Position numbers and translations under genes: made by a program
Source of the DNA: Myxococcales bacterium
Lineage (GTDB): Bacteria > Myxococcota > Myxococcia > Myxococcales > Anaeromyxobacteraceae
NCBI GenBank assembly: GCA_038320275.1
Contig: JBBQEB010000137.1
Coordinates: 1 to 10,383, forward strand
DNA length: 10,383 bases
Direction of reading: 5' to 3'
In this document: piece by piece, positions 6,308 through 10,383 of the stretch
Numbering within the stretch: position 1 is the first letter of the stretch
Layout: each line of letters starts with the position of its first letter
The notes under the pieces: model-generated
Told to the model about the DNA's origin: nothing
Seen by the model: only the letters and a program-made list of their open reading frames with translations
Databases searched by the model: none

Positions 6308-7504
6308 TCAGCCGGACGGGGTCGAATGGATCGGTGCGGCGATGAGGGCGCCCCCGATGGCGACCGCCGCGGCGGCCGCCAGCACCGCCGGGCGCGTGTC
6401 CCCCGCCCGGCGCGACACCCAGCCGGCGAGCGTCGGGCCCAGGATCTGCCCCACCCCGTAAACGGCGGTGAGCGTTCCCACGATACGCCCGGGCGAGGTG
6501 GGGGCGAGGCTGCGGCCCGCGGCCATGGCGAGCGTCACGATGCCGATGAAGGTCCCGCCGAAGAACGCCGCGGACACCAGCGCCGCCGCCGCCGAGCTCG
6601 ACAGGGCGGCCAACGCCATACCCGCCGCCTGAACCGCAAGCGCCAGCGCCAGCGTCGTCCTGAGCCCGAGCTTCCGGCCCACGGCGGCCCAGGCGATGGC
6701 CGAGGGCGCCGCGCACAGCCCGGCCAGCACCCACGTCCAGGGCGCCAGCGCTTCGAGGCCGGGCGTGCGGCGCACGGCAGCGACGGAGAAGGTGCCGCTC
6801 ACGATGTAGCCGAGCCCCTCCAGGAAGTAGGCCACCGAGAGGCGTCCCAGCCCGAAGCCCAGCTCCGGCGCGCCGGAGCTAGCCGCCAGGGCCGTCGCGG
6901 CCCCGGGCAGGAGCGCGGGAGGCGGCCCCACCGCGAGCCCGCGCCAGCCGGGGAGCACCAGGGCCGCCGCAGCGGCCGCGAGAAGGAGCCAGGGCGGAGC
7001 GAAGCCCAGCCGCTCCGGCACCAGGGCGGCCACCGTCCCGGAGAGCGCGATCCCGCAGCCCACGCCGGCGTAGAGCACCCCTGCCCGCGGCTTCGCCGCC
7101 TCCAGCGCGACTGCTGACGCCAGCACGAAGACGAGCCCGCTCGCGCAGCCGGCCGCAAAGCGCAGCACCGCCCACGCGGGCACGGAGGTGGTGAGCGCGC
7201 CCAGCCCGGTCGCGAGCACCGTCACCGCGAGCCCAGCCCGCAGCGCCGCGACGCGCGACGCGCGCCCCGCCAGCTCGCGCGCGAGGAGCACGCCGGCGAG
7301 GTAGCCCGCGAGGTTGCCCGAGGCGAGTAGGCCCGCCACGTCGTCCCCCACGCCGAGCGCGCGCTGGGTGGGCGGCAGGAGCGCCGTGTACGCGAATCGC
7401 CCGATGCCCATGGCGGCGGCCAGCGCCAGCGCGCCCTCCCCTGCCCGGAGCAGCCCTGCGCCGGCCTCGGCGGCGGCTCGCCCGCCAGCGTGGGGGACGG
7501 TCAC
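6308..7504 (-). CDS. YbfB/YjiJ-family MFS transporter (398 aa)
   Basis: GTG7504 overlaps the upstream TGA (GTGA) and is preceded by GAGGGG. Family motifs AMGIGRFAYTALLP, NLAGYLAG, YFLEGLGYIVSGTF, GGTFIGIVTL and LTAVYGVGQILGP, plus many hydrophobic helices. The ORF-track extension to 9172 is spurious. Confidence 0.9.
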   Translation of the reverse strand: MTVPHAGGRAAAEAGAGLLRAGEGALALAAAMGIGRFAYTALLPPTQRALGVGDDVAGLLASGNLAGYLAGVLLARELAGRASRVAALRAGLAVTVLATGLGALTTSVPAWAVLRFAAGCASGLVFVLASAVALEAAKPRAGVLYAGVGCGIALSGTVAALVPERLGFAPPWLLLAAAAAALVLPGWRGLAVGPPPALLPGAATALAASSGAPELGFGLGRLSVAYFLEGLGYIVSGTFSVAAVRRTPGLEALAPWTWVLAGLCAAPSAIAWAAVGRKLGLRTTLALALAVQAAGMALAALSSSAAAALVSAAFFGGTFIGIVTLAMAAGRSLAPTSPGRIVGTLTAVYGVGQILGPTLAGWVSRRAGDTRPAVLAAAAAVAIGGALIAAPIHSTPSG

Positions 7505-8970
7505 GGCGGCCCCTCTCGCCTGCGCGTCAGGCGCCACGCCCGCAGGATGAGCGCGAGGCCCAGCCATAGCCCCAGCGCGGCCACCGGCAGCATGGCGAGC
7601 CGCGGCCAGACGAAGGCAAGGACGGAGAGTACGATGAGCGCGAGCCCGCCGCCCAGGGCGACGCGCGCCTCGGCGGGCCCCAGCATCCGCTGCCCGGTGA
7701 GCGCTGCGCCCACCACGTGCCCGAGCCGGAGGGCGCCGGCCGTGGCGGTGCCAGGATCGGCCTTCACCCACCGTTCCTGTGGCCGCTCGGCCTGCACCAC
7801 GCGCGCCCCGGTCCGGCCGCGCCGGAGCACCACCTCGGTCGCCGTCCGGAGATCTTCCAGGTAGTGCAGCTCCAGGTCTCCCGCGACGCCGTCGTCCTCC
7901 ACCGTCACGTCGAGCTCGTAGTTCCCGATCCAGCTCGCCACGTTGAGGTTCGAGGACCCGATGCGCGCCCAGTGGCCGTCCGCGACGGCGGTCTTGGCAT
8001 GCATCATCGGTCCGTTCCACTCGTAGATGCGAACCCCGGCCTCCAGCAGCGGGCGGTAGCCGGCGCGCGACACCGCCGCCACCAGGGCGAGGTCGCTCGC
8101 CCCCGGCACGAGGAGCCGCACGTCCACCCCGTCCCGGGCGGCGGCGCGCAGCGCCTCGACGTAGGTGGAGGTGGCGAGGAAGTAGGCGTCGGTGAGGAAC
8201 AGCGTCTTCCGCGCCAGCCCCGACACGAGCAGATCGAGCCGGAAGAGCCCGGCCTGGTTCGGCACGGTGGGCAGCACGCGCACCGAGACCTCGCCCACCC
8301 TCCCGCCCTCGCCGGCCGGTGCCAGCTCGCCGGCCTCCAGTTCCTCGCCGCCCGCTGCTCGCCAGGTCACCGCGAACGCCCGGACCACGTCGATGGCCGC
8401 CGGGCCGCGCAGCTCCACTCCGGTGTCGCGCCACTCGGGCAAGCCCCGCCGCGCGTCGGCGGTCCAGCGATCGCTCACGCAGAGTCCCGATACGAACGCC
8501 ACCTCGCCGTCCACCACCAGCGCCTTGCGGTGGTCGCGCGAGAGGATCTCGAGCGGCCGATCGAGCCGGGGCGGGTTGAAGGCGCGCACCGCCACCCGGG
8601 ACGCGGCGAGCGAACGCGCCAGCCGCCGCGAGCCCTCCCCGAAGCCGCCCAGCCAGTCGTAGAGGACGCGCACCCGCACGCCCTGACGCGCCCGCTCGGC
8701 GAGCGCGTCGGCGAAGCGTCGCCCGATCCCGTCGTCGGCGAGGATGTAGTTTTCGAGCTCGATGCTCTGCCGCGCCGACCCGATCGCCTCGAGCCAGGCG
8801 GGGTAGTTCTCGCTCGCGTTCCGGAGCACCTTCACGGCGTTCCCGGCGACGAGCGGCGCGCCGGAGGTGCGCGAGAGGGTTTGCTCCGCCAAACCCCGGA
8901 GGGCGAGGCGGTCGGTGGCCGGCGGCGTGAAGCGTGGAGAGTCGAGGGGCCGGGCCTTCCACACGTTCAC
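7501..8970 (-). CDS. cls: Phospholipase D superfamily protein, cardiolipin synthase (ClsB-like) with a C-terminal hydrophobic extension
   Basis: Two HKD motifs (RDHRKALVVDG; MMHAKTAVADG...IGSSNL), plus GNAVKVL, LENYI, WRDT, AYF and NYEL. SD GGAGG spacing slightly favours the alternative GTG at 8964 as the start. Confidence 0.9.
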   Translation of the reverse strand: MNVWKARPLDSPRFTPPATDRLALRGLAEQTLSRTSGAPLVAGNAVKVLRNASENYPAWLEAIGSARQSIELENYILADDGIGRRFADALAERARQGVRVRVLYDWLGGFGEGSRRLARSLAASRVAVRAFNPPRLDRPLEILSRDHRKALVVDGEVAFVSGLCVSDRWTADARRGLPEWRDTGVELRGPAAIDVVRAFAVTWRAAGGEELEAGELAPAGEGGRVGEVSVRVLPTVPNQAGLFRLDLLVSGLARKTLFLTDAYFLATSTYVEALRAAARDGVDVRLLVPGASDLALVAAVSRAGYRPLLEAGVRIYEWNGPMMHAKTAVADGHWARIGSSNLNVASWIGNYELDVTVEDDGVAGDLELHYLEDLRTATEVVLRRGRTGARVVQAERPQERWVKADPGTATAGALRLGHVVGAALTGQRMLGPAEARVALGGGLALIVLSVLAFVWPRLAMLPVAALGLWLGLALILRAWRLTRRREGPP

Positions 8971-9019
8971 GACCTCCCCTTCGCTGGGCCTGCCAGCCTA
9001 CCGGACCTCTACCTCGACG

Positions 9020-9285
9020 GTGAGCGCGATCCCGTCCGACCCCTCCACCTACCTCGGCTTGCTCACCCTCGCCTCCCTGGAGATCGTCGCTCGACTCGGT
9101 CATCACCTCGGTCGGCATGGCGCAGCGCGTGCCGGTCGCGATCGCGGCCATGGCAATCGCCTTGCCGGTCATGCTCGCCTCCGCGGGGGAGCCTCGCCGC
9201 CTTCGTCGAGCGCCACTCCAGCATGAAGGTCTTCGCGCTGAGCTTCCCCGTGCTCACTGGCGTGCTGCTCGTCGCCGAGGGCTAG
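9020..9285 (+). pseudogene. terC: TerC-family membrane protein pseudogene (internal deletion, frameshifts, truncation)
   Basis: Frame A, 9020-9088: VSAIPSDPSTYLGLLTLASLEIV (TerC N-terminus). Frame B, 9087-9188: SLDSVITSVGMAQRVPVAIAAMAIALPVMLASAG (TerC FSLDSVITAVG motif). Frame C, 9190-9285: SLAAFVERHSSMKVFALSFPVLTGVLLVAEG-stop (TerC FVERHPTVKMLALSFLLLIGVxLxAEG segment). Confidence 0.85.
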
Positions 9286-9333
9286 GTTCCGGGAGGTTCG
9301 CACCTCGCGCAGAGGCGCAAGGCAGGACAGCTT

Positions 9334-10383
9334 CTATTGCAGCGCGCCCGGCCACCAGCGGACCGCGCAGTGGGCTCCGAACGTCCCCAGCGCCGGCCCC
9401 GACGTCTCGGAAATCTGGAACAGCGTTCCGTCCCAGCCCACGTCCAGCCGGCGCGGCTGCGCGGTGACGCCCGCCTCCGGCGCACGGTCCGGCACCACCA
9501 CCGTCCCGCAGCTCTCGCCGGCGGAGGTGATGATCTCGAAGCGCGCCGCGTCCGCGGTGGTGGGGCCGCCAGCCGTGGGGAGGACCGCGTAGGCCCGGCC
9601 GCCGAGCACGCTCGCGAGCCGGGTGCTGGGCCGCGCCGCGAGCCACGCCGGCAGAGGCTCTGCCGTGCCCACGCCGTCGGAGATCACCGCCAGCCAGCCG
9701 GTCGAGTCGCCGACCGCGATCCGGCCATCGAGGAGGAGGCGCAGCCGCGGGGAGAAGCTCGCGTACCCCTGCGCGGAGCCCGCCGGAACGTCGAACCAGG
9801 GCGTGAGCGCCGCCCCATCGGCATCGTACCAGCGCGCGCGGGCGGCCGGCATGGTGGGCGTGAGCACGAGCACGTTCCCGCTCGCCCAGGCCACCTGCAC
9901 GGCGGTGGGGTGCGCATCGAGGGTGACCGACCGCGTGGCGCTGCCGCCGGCTGAGACCCAGATGAGCTGCGTCGGTCCCAGCGACGTCGCGTCCTGCGCG
10001 CGCCCGAGCAGCACGCTCCCGCCGCTCGCGTCCGGCGAGCTGGAGACCGCGAACACGGGGAGCTGGCCCAGGGAGGCGCCGCTCGCGTCCCACGATGCGA
10101 GCCCCACCGCGGGCGGCGGCAGGTGAACCATGCCGCGCCAGCCTATTGCGGTAGGATGGAACGAGGCGTCCAGCTCCACGGACGACAGATAAAGACCGTC
10201 GAGGCGTCCCTGGGAGTTGGTGCCGTCGCTCGACGAAAGCTCCACCCAGTCGGACGTGGAATGGAACCCGAAGGCCACCTGGCCGCTCGGGCTCGACGTG
10301 GCGAAGGAGCAGGCGGCGTGCGTCCCGGTGTCGAAGGTGCGCTCCAGCGCGGCGCTGAGCGCGGGCCGCAGCGCGTCACAGGT
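9334..10383 (-). CDS. Hypothetical, probably secreted protein; 5'-truncated by the window edge
   Basis: The frame is open from 10383 (TCDALRPALSAALERTFDTGTHAACSFATSSPSGQVAFG...) to TAG9334, with protein-like composition. Motifs WYDADGAALTPWF, PAWL, GESCG, VGWDGT and the C-terminal CAVRWWPGAL. Confidence 0.75.
   Translation of the reverse strand, partial: TCDALRPALSAALERTFDTGTHAACSFATSSPSGQVAFGFHSTSDWVELSSSDGTNSQGRLDGLYLSSVELDASFHPTAIGWRGMVHLPPPAVGLASWDASGASLGQLPVFAVSSSPDASGGSVLLGRAQDATSLGPTQLIWVSAGGSATRSVTLDAHPTAVQVAWASGNVLVLTPTMPAARARWYDADGAALTPWFDVPAGSAQGYASFSPRLRLLLDGRIAVGDSTGWLAVISDGVGTAEPLPAWLAARPSTRLASVLGGRAYAVLPTAGGPTTADAARFEIITSAGESCGTVVVPDRAPEAGVTAQPRRLDVGWDGTLFQISETSGPALGTFGAHCAVRWWPGALQ

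Noticed and set aside
7505..9172. N-terminal extension making a 954-aa MFS 'fusion'
   Set aside because: The extension is an off-frame read of cls with low-complexity Arg/Ala/Gly sequence. The MFS has its own coupled GTG start at 7504.
7717..9285. 522-aa + strand ORF
   Set aside because: Antisense shadow of cls. Only the last ~31 codons are meaningful, as part of the TerC pseudogene.

Overview
Very GC-rich bacterial DNA. The lipoprotein with DGG repeats and the last ORF look Myxococcota/Anaeromyxobacter-like, which is an inference. The left half is a nucleobase catabolism cluster: a 5'-truncated adenine deaminase and a CDA-fold nucleoside deaminase (+), convergent with dihydropyrimidinase (-), which is divergent from an 8-oxoguanine deaminase (+). 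The middle holds a probable 48-aa small protein, a secreted lipoprotein and a ~385-bp convergent intergenic region. That region has three TCACG-N3-(C/A)GTGA palindromes, several hairpins and a four-unit ~59-bp degenerate tandem repeat. The right half has a minus-strand operon (phospholipase D/cardiolipin synthase, YbfB/YjiJ MFS transporter, 4-oxalocrotonate tautomerase), a decayed TerC pseudogene spread over three frames that the ORF track misses, and a 5'-truncated hypothetical protein.
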